In this document: piece after piece, positions 13,579 through 26,356 of the stretch
How positions within the stretch are numbered: position 1 is the stretch's first letter
How the letters are laid out: every line of letters starts with the position of its first letter
DNA from: Callorhinchus milii
Lineage: Eukaryota
DNA: 64,000 nucleotides
Direction: 5' to 3'
Assembly (NCBI RefSeq): GCF_018977255.1
Contig: NW_024704744.1
Location: forward strand, 79,732,001-79,796,000
The notes under the pieces: model-generated
The model's database searches: none
Told to the model about the DNA's origin: nothing
The model's input: only the letters and a program-made list of their open reading frames with translations
Translations under genes and position numbers: made by a program

Positions 13579-14354
13579 GTTCATTGCATAAATAATCTAC
13601 CGGCATGGTGCAGCATTTCATTTCTTATTTTACTGTACGTGATCTGTCTTACAAATAAAATATTCTAATTAGGAAATTCTTCAGATGGAAAATACAATGC
13701 TATTTTGCACCTAAAGAATTTCCGAATTAGAATATTTCATATATAAATAAAATATTTCCAGTCTATCACCAAATCAACTACTTTTTCAAAGCCACGAGTC
13801 AAAATGAAGCTTACATTCACAAATAATCAAACAGCGTTCATTTTAAAGCTGCTGTATATCCGAGAGAGATAAAAGGTTAAGAACTCCAAGTGCAACGCTG
13901 TATCAAGGATTTTTGATTTCTAACATATGATCAAAACTGGTAAGAAAATCACAAGGGTCTACGTTTGTTCCATAAGGATCTTCTAAAGACTTTTTTTTAA
14001 TATTTGGCCTCTATGAAGAATGCACCTCTTAATTCGCACAAGCTACAACATCTCAAGCTAACTATTCTCAAAGAAGTCCACTCACCTGATAACTTAAACC
14101 CATAAACTCATACGAAAATCCTACTACTATGCTACAGGTACAGAATCAACTGGAATGCTCACGTGGAATAAGTAAGGGTATTAAGAGATCTGGAGAAAAT
14201 GCATGAATATGATATTAAAAGGTCCATGATAACCAATTAAAATAGTGGAACAGGCTCAGTCGAATCTCCCTAATCTTGTTTTTAAGAACATGCTCTCATA
14301 GGGAATAGATAGAGCATGGAGTTGAGTAAAAATGTTTATTGCTTGGTTTAAACA

Positions 14355-14735
14355 TAATAATAATCCTTGCATTTGATATAGCGGCTTATCACCTCTTTTA
14401 GACATCTCAAAGCTCTTCACAGAATATACTGTAAACTGAATTGACAGTATATTTTGTGGGCGAAACGCAGCAACCAATTGCGCACAGCAGTGCCCACAAA
14501 CAGTCGTGGGTTTTAAGTAACCAATTTATTATCATTTTTGAAGGAAATATTACCCCCGGAAAAGCAATCCACCAATCGACTAAAAATCGGATTCCTACTT
14601 ACTGCTAGAGAAACAGAGGCGTGTGGAGTAAGGAATTGCCCAACATTTTGCCTTGCCGGAAATCGAACCCAGGTCTCTCGCTTGCAAGTGGAGTCCTGTA
14701 GGACAGTGCTCTAACCACTGCGTTACAGGACTCCA
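14355..14735 (-). mobile_element. tRNA-derived SINE (long form) with a partly duplicated head
   Basis: tRNA-like head, CORE-like body, L2-type tail ending (ATT)n. Confidence 0.85.
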
Positions 14736-15099
14736 CAATATTATGCAAGCACAGATATGTTGTTCATCAGAAGATATGGATAAACATTCCAGATGGCCAT
14801 AATGCTTTGTATTTTTAAACAGAATTTCCACCCATTCTCACACCCCTCCTTAGCCTCCCCATACCTCTCTGCTCCCTTCCCTCTCATTTATTTAGTTTGT
14901 GTGGCAGTTTAGCCACCATTGAACTATTTATTACATTTCATTGAAGCAAGGCAAATTAACAAAGTCATCTTTATAAGGAAGAAAATCTAATGAATATGTA
15001 GAAAGTTCAGTGTGGATTAAAAATAATTGAAACAATTTTCACAACGCCCATGTGAGATTAAACTGAGCGACTTCAACCACGTTCCCAATCTTTGCTTAC

Positions 15100-15150
15100 C
15101 AATTCCTTCATCCTGTTCTTTTTCTTCTAGCTTCTGTTTCAGATGGAACT
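15100..15150 (-). CDS. MACROD2: MACROD2 putative extra cassette exon (KFHLKQKLEEKEQDEGI)
   Basis: Acceptor tcttttacaacag, donor GTAAGC, 51 nt, phase 1-1, open in the MACROD2 frame, purine-rich and exon-like. No recalled homology. Confidence 0.55.
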
Positions 15151-16534
15151 CTGTTGTAAAAGACCAAATTGGGAAGTTTTTTTTAAAAGGGGAAAATAAA
15201 TAACTTTCATACAAATGATACTCCAAATATTTGGCCGACATAAAATTCTATTAGACAAAGTGATTGCCAGTTGTGATATTATGATACTCAGACCAAAAAT
15301 GTCATGTGTTGAGTTAGCTATCCTGTCAGGTTGGACTATGATTGACCCTTGGAATGAAGGGAGGGAATGCCAGTGACACGGATGGCCTGATCTCAATAGA
15401 CATCCTCCACCGGACATCTTGTGTGTCAAAATACCTTTGTATGGACGTAAAGCTGTTACAACATTCCTATGATGTTCTCCAATGATCTCAGATGAGTGGG
15501 TGTTCTGCAAGATCAAATGGGCCACAGGATCTTTAACATCCAACCTGGCATGTTCTTATGCTGGGCCCCCACTTTTGACACCCACTGAAGGTGATTTCAG
15601 GAACAGTGATTTGCATTTACAGTATAAATGCAGTTTGCACCAATTGCACTGGATTTGGACTCAAGATCTGTCAGGAATTCTGAATGGGCTATTTAATATT
15701 TATTAAATCATAAAATGATCATAAAAAATATCAAAAAACACGCAAATGCAGATCACACCAAAATTGGTCCTGTTTTACTCCACGGCAAACATTGAAAATA
15801 ATGCAGAATGGTTCAGGATAAACCCTACTTCACAACAGTATATTGCTGGGAGCAATCAGCTGTGCTTACAGCAGTCTAACCACAGCAATAGTGACCAGAG
15901 AAATTTCTCACCCTTTGTAACCATACAAATACATAATAAATAATCCTTGCATTTGATAGAGCGTCTTATCACGTCTTCAAGATGTCTCAAAGCGCTTCAC
16001 GGAATATACTGTAACATGAATTGACTGTATAGTTTGTGGGCAAAACGCAGCAGCAAGTTGCGCACAGCAATGTCCCACAAACAGTTGAGGATTGAGTGCC
16101 CAATTTATTATTATTGTTCTTTTAACATACAGTTAAATAAATGAATCCTGCAACATCCTTGTTGGGCTAATATTTAAATATTACAATATTTTGAAGTGCT
16201 GTGAAAAACATAATGATAACAAATGAAAGAAATTACATATTTCTACTGTGTACAGTTAATTGTATCATAATTGAAATGAAAAACACATTTGAAATGTGCT
16301 AAATGAGAAAAGCTGCATCATTGGTTCATAAACCATTAAAATTATCTCCTTGACCACCATAACATCTTCACCTTGCAATAATACTTTTTAAATGTTCTCA
16401 TCTTTTAATTTGTTTTCTTTGAAATGTAAAGCCTTAAACAGCATCTCCATTTTGCCTTTTAGCTGCAGCATCTTAGCATTTCAACATTCAGAAACTTGAG
16501 AATAAAATACTAGACCTCAGTGAAAAGCACTTAC

Positions 16535-16603
16535 TTTTTGCATCTTCTCTCCATACAGAAATATCCTTCAGGTTTACTAATCCATCCTCAAATGAATCTA
16601 GTG
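16535..16603 (-). CDS. MACROD2: MACROD2 coding exon 2 (ALDSFEDGLVNLKDISVWREDAK)
   Basis: Acceptor ttcctatttccccaacag, donor GTAAGT, 69 nt, phase 1-1. LVNLKDISVWRE resembles the recalled MACROD2 segment YIPLNSILSWKEE. Confidence 0.8.
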
Positions 16604-17241
16604 CTGTTGGGGAAATAGGAAAGACTATTTCAATATGAACATAAAACAAAATTAACATTTGTCTACAACTGCCAACATTGCCATGTCCAGATATGTGCAG
16701 AATTGAATATTTCCCATTTAAGATTGGGTTAGATTATTGTGGGCCCACACCATTCTCTAGAATTGAGAGAAAGAAGGAAATATACTTCTGTATTTGTTAA
16801 GAGTTCCATAAGAACAAACTACACATTTAATAACAATCCTTGCATTTGATGGTAACTATAACATGAAAACACCTTGAAACTCTTCATAGGCAATTGCTGC
16901 CAAATATAAGCACTGTGTATTTGCAGGTAAACATAGCAGTCAATTTGTGTGCAGCAACAATCCACGAACAGTCACTATGAAAATGGGAATATATAGAATT
17001 ATATATGAAGGACATTCCACTTAATTGTATATCAGTTAATTGGGTAGTCCATTTCATTGCATAGCAATTTCTCGCTACCAATAATTTTATATTTGTTTGC
17101 ATGGTATTGCACTCAACTTAAATTCATATTGGATAATTCGCTTAAATGCATGAAAAATAGCCAGTTCATTACATTTGTAGCTGTATAATTAGTTTGGATA
17201 ATTGCATTGGTTGAGGAGTTGACCGTATCAGACCATACGAC

Positions 17242-17405
17242 CATAAGAAATAGGAGCAGGAGTAGGCCATTCGGCCCCTCGAGTCTGCCCCCTCCATTTA
17301 ATAAGATCATGGCTGATCTTCTAACCTAATTCCATTTACCCGCCCTATCCCCATCCCTTAATCCCACTATCCTTTAGAAATATATCAACCTCAGTCTTGA
17401 ATATG
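17242..17405 (-). mobile_element. CR1 (shark HER1-type) LINE 3' end
   Basis: cataagaaataggagcaggagtaggccattcggcccctcgag is the typical reverse complement of a chondrichthyan CR1 3' end (recalled). Confidence 0.8.
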
Positions 17406-17820
17406 TAAAGAGGTACAGCATGTATATGTACAGCAGAGAGGCAGCGAGAGAGCGACATGAAGAGGGCCAGAGTAGAAGATATGAAAAGGCAGCGCGGAGA
17501 GCGGCAGCAGAGGCACAACAGAGTGACAGGAAGGCGGCGCCACTAATGAACTTCAGATAGTTGTATTCTCCGTATAACTGCATGGTGTCTGTCCAGTCAC
17601 AACTCCATAAAATTATACGGAGTACAGGGTATATACTAAAGAATGAAAGAGAAAAAGAGAGCCTCACACTCACTCTGTATTTTCCCTCAATGGTCTAGTC
17701 AAGATCAGGAACTCACTGTCCCGTTAAAAGTTTAATTTGGAGAGTAAATGAAGTTACGACATATCTGAACAAATGAAATAACTTGCATTCTTTTAACAAC
17801 TTTTATGTTGTGTCTCAACA

Positions 17821-18194
17821 TAATAAAGATAATCCTTGCATTTGATATGACGCATTGTCACGTATTTGGGAAGTCTCAAAGCGCTTCAGAAAATACTGTA
17901 AAGTGAACTGATTGTCTATTTTGTGGGTGAAACACAGAAGCCAATTGCACACAGCAGTATCCCACACAGTCATGGATTTAAGTGACCAATTTATTATTAC
18001 TATTTTATTTTCAAGGCATTATTACCCCGGAAAAGCGATCCACCAATCAACTAATAACCGGGTTCCTACTTACTGCTAGATAAATAGAGGCGTGTGGAGT
18101 AAGGAAACTTGCCCAACATTTCGCGCAGCCCGGAATCGAACCCAAGTCTCTCGCTCGCGAGGCGAATGTTCTAACCACTGAGCTATAGGACTCC
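17821..18194 (-). mobile_element. tRNA-derived SINE (long form)
   Basis: A box AGCTCAGTGG and B box GGTTCGATTCC on the minus strand, with tail. Confidence 0.9.
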
Positions 18195-18889
18195 ACAACA
18201 TGATTTACAACAGCAAAAGGAGACAAAAATAGCAGGGAGATGAATAAACAATTAACCTGGAGGTCAGACATTGGAAGAAACTCCATTCTGGTTTGTGAAT
18301 AGCATCACAATATTTTCAACATTCACCTGAACAACAGGCACACAGGCTCGGCCTTGGTTTAGCACCTCAAACAAACGATGGCACCTCAGACAATGTACCT
18401 CTCTCCCAAAAAGTGGACAGTCTAGACCAGTGGGGAACAGGAACAGCAGTACATTATGGCTGCTCTTTTTTTTATTCTATGCTAGCTGAACCAGTTGCAG
18501 CTTCACTTGCAACCAAAGGATCCAATTTGTATATCAATCTACATTCCAGACAGACATTTCCTGCAGACATTATACTCAACTGGGAGCACTACTGTGGGAG
18601 TGTTCCTTTTGGGAGGACTCAGTGGGAGGACTCCATTAAATATATTTTCTCCCGAGAACCTAGCCCCGGTCTCCTGAGAGCCTCGCCCAGGTATCTCGAG
18701 AGCCTCGACCCGTCTCTGTCTCTCTTTCTGTCTCACTATCTCAGTCTCAATCAAACACAAACTCAACCATATCAATATGGACTGCAAAAAGTTTATTAAA
18801 GTTGCAGATTAAAATCCTGACTTCTGGTAACAAACCATCTTGTGTTCTTCAATATGCGTAACAGGCAGTTTATCTTACCTATATTCATC

Positions 18890-19150
18890 AGCCTGGCTCA
18901 TTTGATAGACCTCTTGCCTTGGAGTCAGAAGACTACAGGATCAAGCTCCACATCAAGACTTAGAACTAGACTTAAATTGAGACTGACATTCCAACAGAGT
19001 GCTGGGTTGTGCTAAGTTGTCGCAGGTGCTGTCCTTTGGATGAAACATTAAACATAGGTTGCTTCTGCCTGTTCAGGTGGAGGCTAAAGATCCCATGGCA
19101 CTATTCAAAAAGAAAAAGGAGTTTCTCCCGGTGTCTTGGTCAATAATCTC
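18890..19150 (+). mobile_element. DeuSINE-like element, 5' part (continues after the L2 at about 19800-19950)
   Basis: cctttggatgaaacattaaac...gttcaggtgga..aaagatcccatggcactattc...ctcccggtgtc Deu domain. Confidence 0.8.
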
Positions 19151-19164
19151 CAAAACAAAAAACG

Positions 19165-19797
19165 TTGTTCACCCCTCAGGCCGCTGAAACTCTTGTTCAT
19201 GCCTTCATCATCTCCAGGCTCGACTATGCAAGCGCTCTGCTTGTCGGCCTTCCCAACTCCTCCCTCCACAGGCTGCAGATAATCCAGAACTCTGCAGCCC
19301 GTGTCCTCTCCCGCACCAAACTCTGTGACCCCATCTCCTCCACTCTCGCCCGACTCCATTGGCTCCCTATCCTTCAGGGGATCCAGTTCAAGATCCTGGT
19401 CCTCACATACAAAGCCCTCCATGGCCTCGCCCGACCCTACCTCTGTGACCTCCTAACCCCCTACCAACCCGCCCGTTCCTTCCGCTCAGCCGGCTCTGGT
19501 CTGCTCCACGTCACCCGACCCACCCGCCCCACCGTTGGCGGGAAAGCCTTCAGCCACTCTGCCGCCAACCTCTGGAATTCCATCCCCCAATCACTCCACC
19601 TCACCCCCTCCTTAGCCTCCTTCAAGTTCCGCCTCAAGACCTTCCTCTTCAAACATGCCATTGGCCACCCCCCTTCCCCTCCCCCTTCTCCCTCCCCGAC
19701 CCCAGCTCGGGTCTGAAATGCTGCACTCTGTTCAGCGCCTTGGGACGTCCTCCCGATGTGAAAGGCGCTATACAAATGCAATCTTGTTGTTGTTGTT
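19165..19797 (+). mobile_element. L2 LINE 3' fragment (type B) nested in a DeuSINE
   Basis: Intact 183-aa ORF2 end (LVHAFIISRLDY...LHWLPI..IQFKILVLTYKALHGLA.PYL) and (TTG)n tail. Confidence 0.95.
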
Positions 19798-19949
19798 TAT
19801 TCACTTCTTTGCTGGGCATAAAAATCGGCTTTCCCATTCCCTATAAAATAGTCTCTATCCTTTACAATAAATCCTATGAAGTACTTTGAGACATTCTCTC
19901 CATGCAGAAAGGCCATAATATAAAAATGTAAGGATTATTAAGAATTATT

Positions 19950-20400
19950 ATTCAGGCCTTGATGTCAGTGAGGCAGGCAGTCAGAACATCAATGCTCCTG
20001 CAATCAGGGATAAAAGAAGTGAAGTAGATTTGGGTATCATCATTGTATATGTGGAAACTAACTGTCTCGGTAGCACATGAAGTCACAAAGCAAGAGCTGA
20101 TGAGGAAAAGGAAAGGATAGAGCCCTGTAGCACACAGGTGACTGCGCGAGTAGGAGGAGAAGCCAAACGAGGAAACAAAGAGGATGTAAAGGATGGTCAC
20201 ATGAATGACAAAGTTGATGTAATCAAGGAAGATAGAATATCAAAGGCAGAAGAGAGATCAGGTGGAATGAGGAAAGTATATCATTTGTGACTCTGACAAC
20301 TGCTGTCTCAGGCTGTGAGCAGGACAGAAACCGAATTGGAAGAGCTCAAAACATATCATAGTCGATTGCAAGGAGAGTTTCTTGCCCTGATGGGGGGACG
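19950..20400 (-). mobile_element. Old L2 RT fragment
   Basis: Decayed FHIYNDDTQIY (YADD) motif. Confidence 0.6.
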
Positions 20401-21119
20401 GGGGAGAAGGCAGAGAGAGAGAGAGAGGCAATGGTTTCTTAAATGGTCAAACAAGATTTGGCTGTGGACCGTGAAGCTATTCTTATGCAACCTGCATTCG
20501 AGTGTACAAAGAAACAGCAGTTATCATTATACTAACCAGGGGAATGGCTAGGTAGGGAGATGGCTCTGCATTTTCACACCCTCACCCCACCCCCAGTGTG
20601 TTGCAGAAGGAAGAGGTGTATTGGGGTTGGGTGGCGAAAAGTCTAGGTTTTACTAAAAAACACAAAGAAAAATTACATGGAGGCAAAGGGAACTGGAGAA
20701 TTGAAAACTTTTCATTTGACATCGAACAGCAACAAGCAAAGAACAGCCTGAATGCAGAGTAGTTCTTTTTATTCTGCCACATCTAATCTGCCAACCCAGG
20801 AAGAGTGTACTTCGCTGTGCCATTCTGAAATTTTGCACTTCCCACACAAACAATCTTTGCAATCCTCTAGAAGATAGGTAATTTAGATAGGTACTTTTTG
20901 TGCTGTCTGCTCTCACCTATTGGGTTATGTTGAGGTTGCCCAAACTAATTTTCTAAAGCACATTACAGCCAAGAGTGGTGAATAAAAAGAAATGCAGACA
21001 CAACCTTCATCCAGTCAGTTTGAGCTGAATTCAAGCCCAGACGTGAAGTTGTTGACTTACTGAATTACCTGGCCACCTGCAAATTTTTCTTGTTAATTCT
21101 CATTATTAATTATCACTAA

Positions 21120-21585
21120 TAATACAGTATTTACATTTGATAGCGCTTTTTATGTCAGGGGACATCTCAAAACGTTTCACAGGATATACTGCAAAGTGTA
21201 ATGACTCTGGAGTTTGTAGGAAAATGTTCCAGCTAATTTGGGCAAAGCAATATCCCACAAGCAGATATGAAATGAATGACCAATCTTAGCTGGGGAGTTA
21301 GTTAGAACACCAGAATAAACTCCCTTCTCCTTTTCAAAGAGTGCGTCTAGAAGACGTGAAAAGCTCTCTCTCAAATGCAAGGATTATTATTATTATCCAC
21401 CTAAATAGGAAAACAGGACCTCAGTTTAACATCTCATCCAAAGGTCAGTACCTCCAACAACGTAGCACACCCCCCCAACACTGCATTGTAGTGTCAGCCT
21501 AGTCTATATGAGTTCAAAGTCCTGACATGGGATTTAACAATCTGACTTAGAAAAGAGTGCTGCCAATTAAGCCAGGCTGACACAC
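21120..21585 (-). mobile_element. DeuSINE-like element
   Basis: Reverse Deu domain and head, with an internal SINE-tail insertion. Confidence 0.7.
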
Positions 21586-21939
21586 AAATATAAGAGTCCT
21601 ACACTTTTTTAAAAATAAGTTTTACAATTTAAAAGCAATGCACTTAATGAGCCTATTAGCTCAAACTCTAACAGCTAGAGTTGTCCTCAGTGGAAAAGTA
21701 GCAGGAAGCTTGCCATACAGCGTTCACAAATGCACATTTTCAGATGGTTAAACTCCAGCAGTACCCAAATGCCCACTCTGGGTTATCAACCATTTGCTCC
21801 TGAAACTTGCACCTAATACTCTCTGGGATTAAGCGAGCACGATGTATGCCTTTGGGAAGAAAGAGTCCACAATCCATTCCAGACAAATGGAAATTTCCAT
21901 GCATATGTGTAAGTCTCAGTAGTCTGGTTTAGATACAAG

Positions 21940-22298
21940 TGGAGTCCTGTGGCTTAGTGGTTAGGGCACTTGCTTCACAAGCGTGAGGACCTGGCTTCGA
22001 TACCCAGGCGCAGCAAAATGTTGGGCAAGTTTCCTTACTCCACATGCCTCTGTTTAACTAGCAGTAAGTAGGAACCCGCTTGTTAGTCGATTGGTGGTTC
22101 GCTTTTCCTGGGATAATAATCCCTTCAAAAAAATAATAATAATTTGGTCACTCAATCCACGAATTGGGACACTCCTGAGCGCAATTAGGTGCCCGTTTTA
22201 GCTTCAAAATATACAGTCTATACACTTTACAGTATGCGCTTTGAGATGTCTCAAAGACACAAAAAGGCGCTATATCAAATGCAAGGATTATTATTATT
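21940..22298 (+). mobile_element. tRNA-derived SINE (long form)
   Basis: Same head, body and tail as the other copies. Confidence 0.9.
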
Positions 22299-24500
22299 AT
22301 ATATCAAATGCAAACATTAACAAGCACAAAAAAAAATTAATGAACCCATATGTAACCCAATTTTTAAACTTTCATTCTTCCACCTGTCAGTTTTATAAAG
22401 TCATCAAGGGATTGCCAAACCGAAAACAAATGAGAATGTAGATAATTGGAACCTCCTGGATTAAAGGTAAATCATTCTATGTCTGTATACATCATTTGCA
22501 AGGCCTGTTCTAAAAAAAAAATGATTTTGGAAGCTATAGCTAGTTATACTGAAGCAATACATGGGAAGTTTTGACCATCAAAACAGTTCACCCTTTCTGC
22601 ACACTACTAGTTAGTTTCTCTCTCCTAATAAAGCTGGAATTGCAACCTCTGATGTCACAGCTTTGTTATGAAAGTAACAAACCAGTTTGTCAACTGTCAA
22701 ATTAATTTGACAACATAAAATGCTAGACAACCTGCTTAATGCATTCATGCTTTATTCAAACTGGTATAATAACATGGTGAATATGCATAACACTCTCCCT
22801 TCTAAAGTTTACATTATATCGCTTAGCCTTTCCCTCATCTTGCCCCATTACTCATGCAGCATCAATCTTTGGTTGATCCATTTAGTCTTTCCTGGAAAGA
22901 TTTTAACAGTCTAACAGGACTCAAATCCCCTCATCACCAGGCATGGAAACAACTTGAACATACCACATTGGGAAATATCCACCAGCAACGCATCTTTCAA
23001 CTTGACTATCATCCCAGTCATTCATCGGCATGATTCACTGAAACACCACCTGCTTCAGCCAGTCAATCCACATACAAATTGAAACATCTGACTGACACTC
23101 AGCTTCATAAATAGATGGAAATAGGAACTAAATCCAAAGTATGCAGCTAGAATAAAAGGGCTACTGGGAATCCCTTTCTGCACTAACCAAGCAAGTTGTA
23201 CTAACTCAAGGTTGAGAAGATTTCCCAATAAGAAGCTACAACAACACCTTTAACAATGACGAGTTCGGACACCAAGCCGGGTAAGGGGGGGGTCACAGTA
23301 GACAAAGTAGATTTTAAGACTGGATTTATAGCCAAACAGAGAGAAGGCAAGACAGAGGAATGGAGTTCCAAACGTTAGGGGGGTAGTCGCTGAAGCCTCA
23401 ACCACCAATGATGACCCAGGGGAGTAGCAAGAGGTCCAAGTTAACAGAACAAGTGAGAAAAGCAGTGGGAGAGATGATCACAGAGATAGGGAGGTGTTTG
23501 GGAGAAAAGGAATTTATAGGTGAAGATAAGCACATTGGGAGACAGCAGAACTGGGCAAAGACTGGGGTGATTGACATGCAGTGTTTGGTGTGGTGAGCCA
23601 AAGGTGATGTAGTTTTAGAATAACTGGAGGCTAAGCCTCTCCCCCCCACTGTTTCTATTTGCTATCAAGATGGAATTCCAAACCCTTTTTTGAGATGAGA
23701 AACAGGGTTGAAAATACTGAAGCTGATTTTAAAGAGCCTTACAACCAATTGGAAAAGGAGATCTTCTTTGCATTGCATTGAACTGAATTCAAACCAATGC
23801 ATCAGTGGCATGCTAATCTAACATGACATCCAATCCCCATTTTGACTCAAGAAGAGCATTATGATCTGGTGCATGAGGTAGGCTTTGAGAGGTAGGTAGG
23901 TTTAGGTTACTGGTTTACGTAGATTAATACAATAGAAATAATTTATGTTGAAGTAGCCTCCATATCACACTTCACAACATTGTAATACCAAACTGCAAAG
24001 CTAGTTTACAAATTCCATTTGGGTCTAGATTTACTCTTTCAAAGTGTACAGAAATTGGCAAATTGTTGAATTCAGTCTTAACTTTGAAAACAGTTTCCTT
24101 TAGCTCTTAAAACTTCAAAATTGAGACATTATTTAAGAAACTGCCAAATTCAGGATCCTCCGAAATGTGAAGAATGAAAGAAAATTAGACCGAGGTAGAA
24201 TGTCTCCATCCCCAATGTCCTCCCTCCCCGAGAATTATCCTGTTTTTAATAATAATAATCCTTGCTTTTGATGTACTTCCATATCATGTCGTTGAGATAA
24301 TAATACTTGCATTTGATATAGTGCCTTATCACATCTTCGAGACGTCTCAAAGGGCTTCACAGAATATATTGTAAAGTGAATTGACTGTATATTTTGTGGG
24401 CGAAACGTGGCAACCAATTGTGCACAGCAGATGTCTCAAAGCGTTTCACAGAATATATCACCCACAAAACATACAGTCGATTCACTTTACAGTATATTCT

Positions 24501-25656
24501 GGGGGGAGGGGGGAGTGTGGGGGGGAGGGGGGAGTGTGGGGGGGAGGGGAGTGTGGGGGGGGGGGGGGGGGGGAGGGGGGGAGGGGGGAGTGGGGGGGGA
24601 GGGGGGAGTGGGGGGGGGAGGAGTGGGGGGGGGAGTGGGGGGGGGAGGGCGGGGAGTGGGGGGGAGTGGGGGGGAGTGGGGGGAGTGTGGGGGGGGGGTG
24701 TGGGGGAGGGGGGAGTGTTGGGGTGGGGGGAGTGTTGGGGGTGGGGGGAGTGTTGGGGTGGGGGAGTGTTGGGGTGGGGGGGAGTGTGGGGTGGGGGAGT
24801 GTGGGGGAGGGGGAGTGTAGGGGGAGGGGGGAGTGTTGTGGGGGGGGGAGTGTTGGGGGGGGGGAGTGTTGGGGGGGGGGGGAGTGTTGGGGGGAGGGGG
24901 AGTGTTGGGGGAGGGGGAGTGTTGGGGGGAGGGGGGAGTGTTGGGGGGGGGAGTGTTGGGGGGGGGGAGTGTTGGGGGGGGGGAGTGTTGGGGGGGGGGA
25001 GTGTTGGGGGGGAGTGTTGGGGGGGGTGTTGGGTGTTGGGGGGGGTTGGGGGGGGGGAGTGTTGGGGGGGGGGGAGTGTTGGGGGGGGGAGTGTTGGGGG
25101 TGGGGGGAGTGTTGGGGGGGGGGGGAGTGTTGGGGGGGGGGAGTGTTGGGGGGAGGGGGAGTGTTGGGGGGAGGGGGAGTGTTGGGGGGAGGGGGAGTGT
25201 TGGGGGGGAGTGTTGGGGGGGGGGGAGTGTTGGGGGGGGGGAGTGTTGGGGGGGGGAGTGTTGGGGGAGTGTTGGGGGGGGGGAGTGTTGGGGGAGGGGG
25301 AGTGTTGGGGGGGGGGGAGTGTTGGGGGAGGGGGGAGTGTTGGGGGGAGGGGGAGTGTTGGGGGGGGGAGTGTTGGGGGGGGAGTGTTGGGGGGGAGTGT
25401 TGGGGGGAGTGTGGGGGGAGTGTTGGGGGGGGAGTGTTGGGGGGAGTGTTGGGGGGGGGAGTGTTGGGGGGGGGAGTGTTGGGGGGGAGTGTTGGGGGGG
25501 GGGAGTGTTGGGGGAGGGGGGAGTGTTGGGGGGGAGTGTTGGGGGGGGAGTGTTGGGGGGGGGGGGAGTGTTGGGGGAGGGGGAGTGTTGGGGGGGGTGT
25601 TGGGGGGGGGGGGGTGTTGGGGGGGGGGAGTGTTGGGGGGAGTGTTGGTGGGGGGG
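24501..25656 (+). repeat. G-tract minisatellite, unit (G)n-AGTGTT with variable n; strong G-quadruplex potential
   Basis: Directly visible array of about 1.15 kb with almost no C on the plus strand. Confidence 0.95.
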
Positions 25657-26119
25657 CAGGAGGTTGGGATAGAGACGTTGACATACAAATCTGTCCGCTT
25701 CCTACAAGTGCCTGAAGGCAGTCAGTGTGAAAGCGCGTCGGCGAACCTGTGTCCCCCCATTGTCTCCTGTGACGGGGATGGATTTCAAGGCCTAGTCTCG
25801 CCTCCTGTGGCTCGGAATAACGGGCAGTCTCCACTCCAGACAGCGGCCACGGCCGAGGGGAGCCGAGCCGAGCCGAGCCGGGGCGGGGCAGCCTGTCCGG
25901 TGAGCTGCAAAGCGTGGCCTCGGCGGTACCTCCCGTCGCCGAAGGTGTGGGACCGCCCTCCCACCCACTCCCATCCCCCTGACAGTGGGGCGGGTGGCTC
26001 ACACGGAGGCAGACGAGAGAGGAGCAGCCCACGCGCCTTTGAAGCCGCTGCCCACCCGCCCGCCCGCCCGCTGCCCGCCCGCCCGCCGCCCGCCCGCCGC
26101 GCAAAACAAAAACACGCAC

Positions 26120-26144
26120 CTGTGGATTTCTTTTCTTTCGGCAT
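26120..26144 (-). CDS. MACROD2: MACROD2 putative coding exon 1 (MPKEKKST, phase 1)
   Basis: ggagATG start inside the CpG island and donor G|GTGCGT. The phase-1 end splices in frame to the 16535-16603 exon. The Lys-rich N-terminus resembles other MACROD2s, but similarity is too short to prove the call. Confidence 0.6.
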
Positions 26145-26189
26145 CTCCGGAGCGTTTGTTGTTGAACTGAACTGTGCCGAGCGCCCGCC

Positions 26190-26356
26190 TCTCCCTCTCT
26201 CACTCTCTCTCTCTCTCTCACACACCCGCAGCGGTTCCTGTCAAAGTGTCAGCCCTCCGCCTCCTCACACAGCTCCAAACCCAGACACTCCGCCTGCGCT
26301 CTCTCTCTCTCTCTCTCTGTCGCTCTCTCTCTTTCTCTGTCGCGCTCTCTCTCTCT
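26190..26356 (+). repeat. Interrupted (CT)n tracts in the MACROD2 5' region
   Basis: Two visible CT runs, reading (GA)n on the MACROD2 sense strand. Confidence 0.85.
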
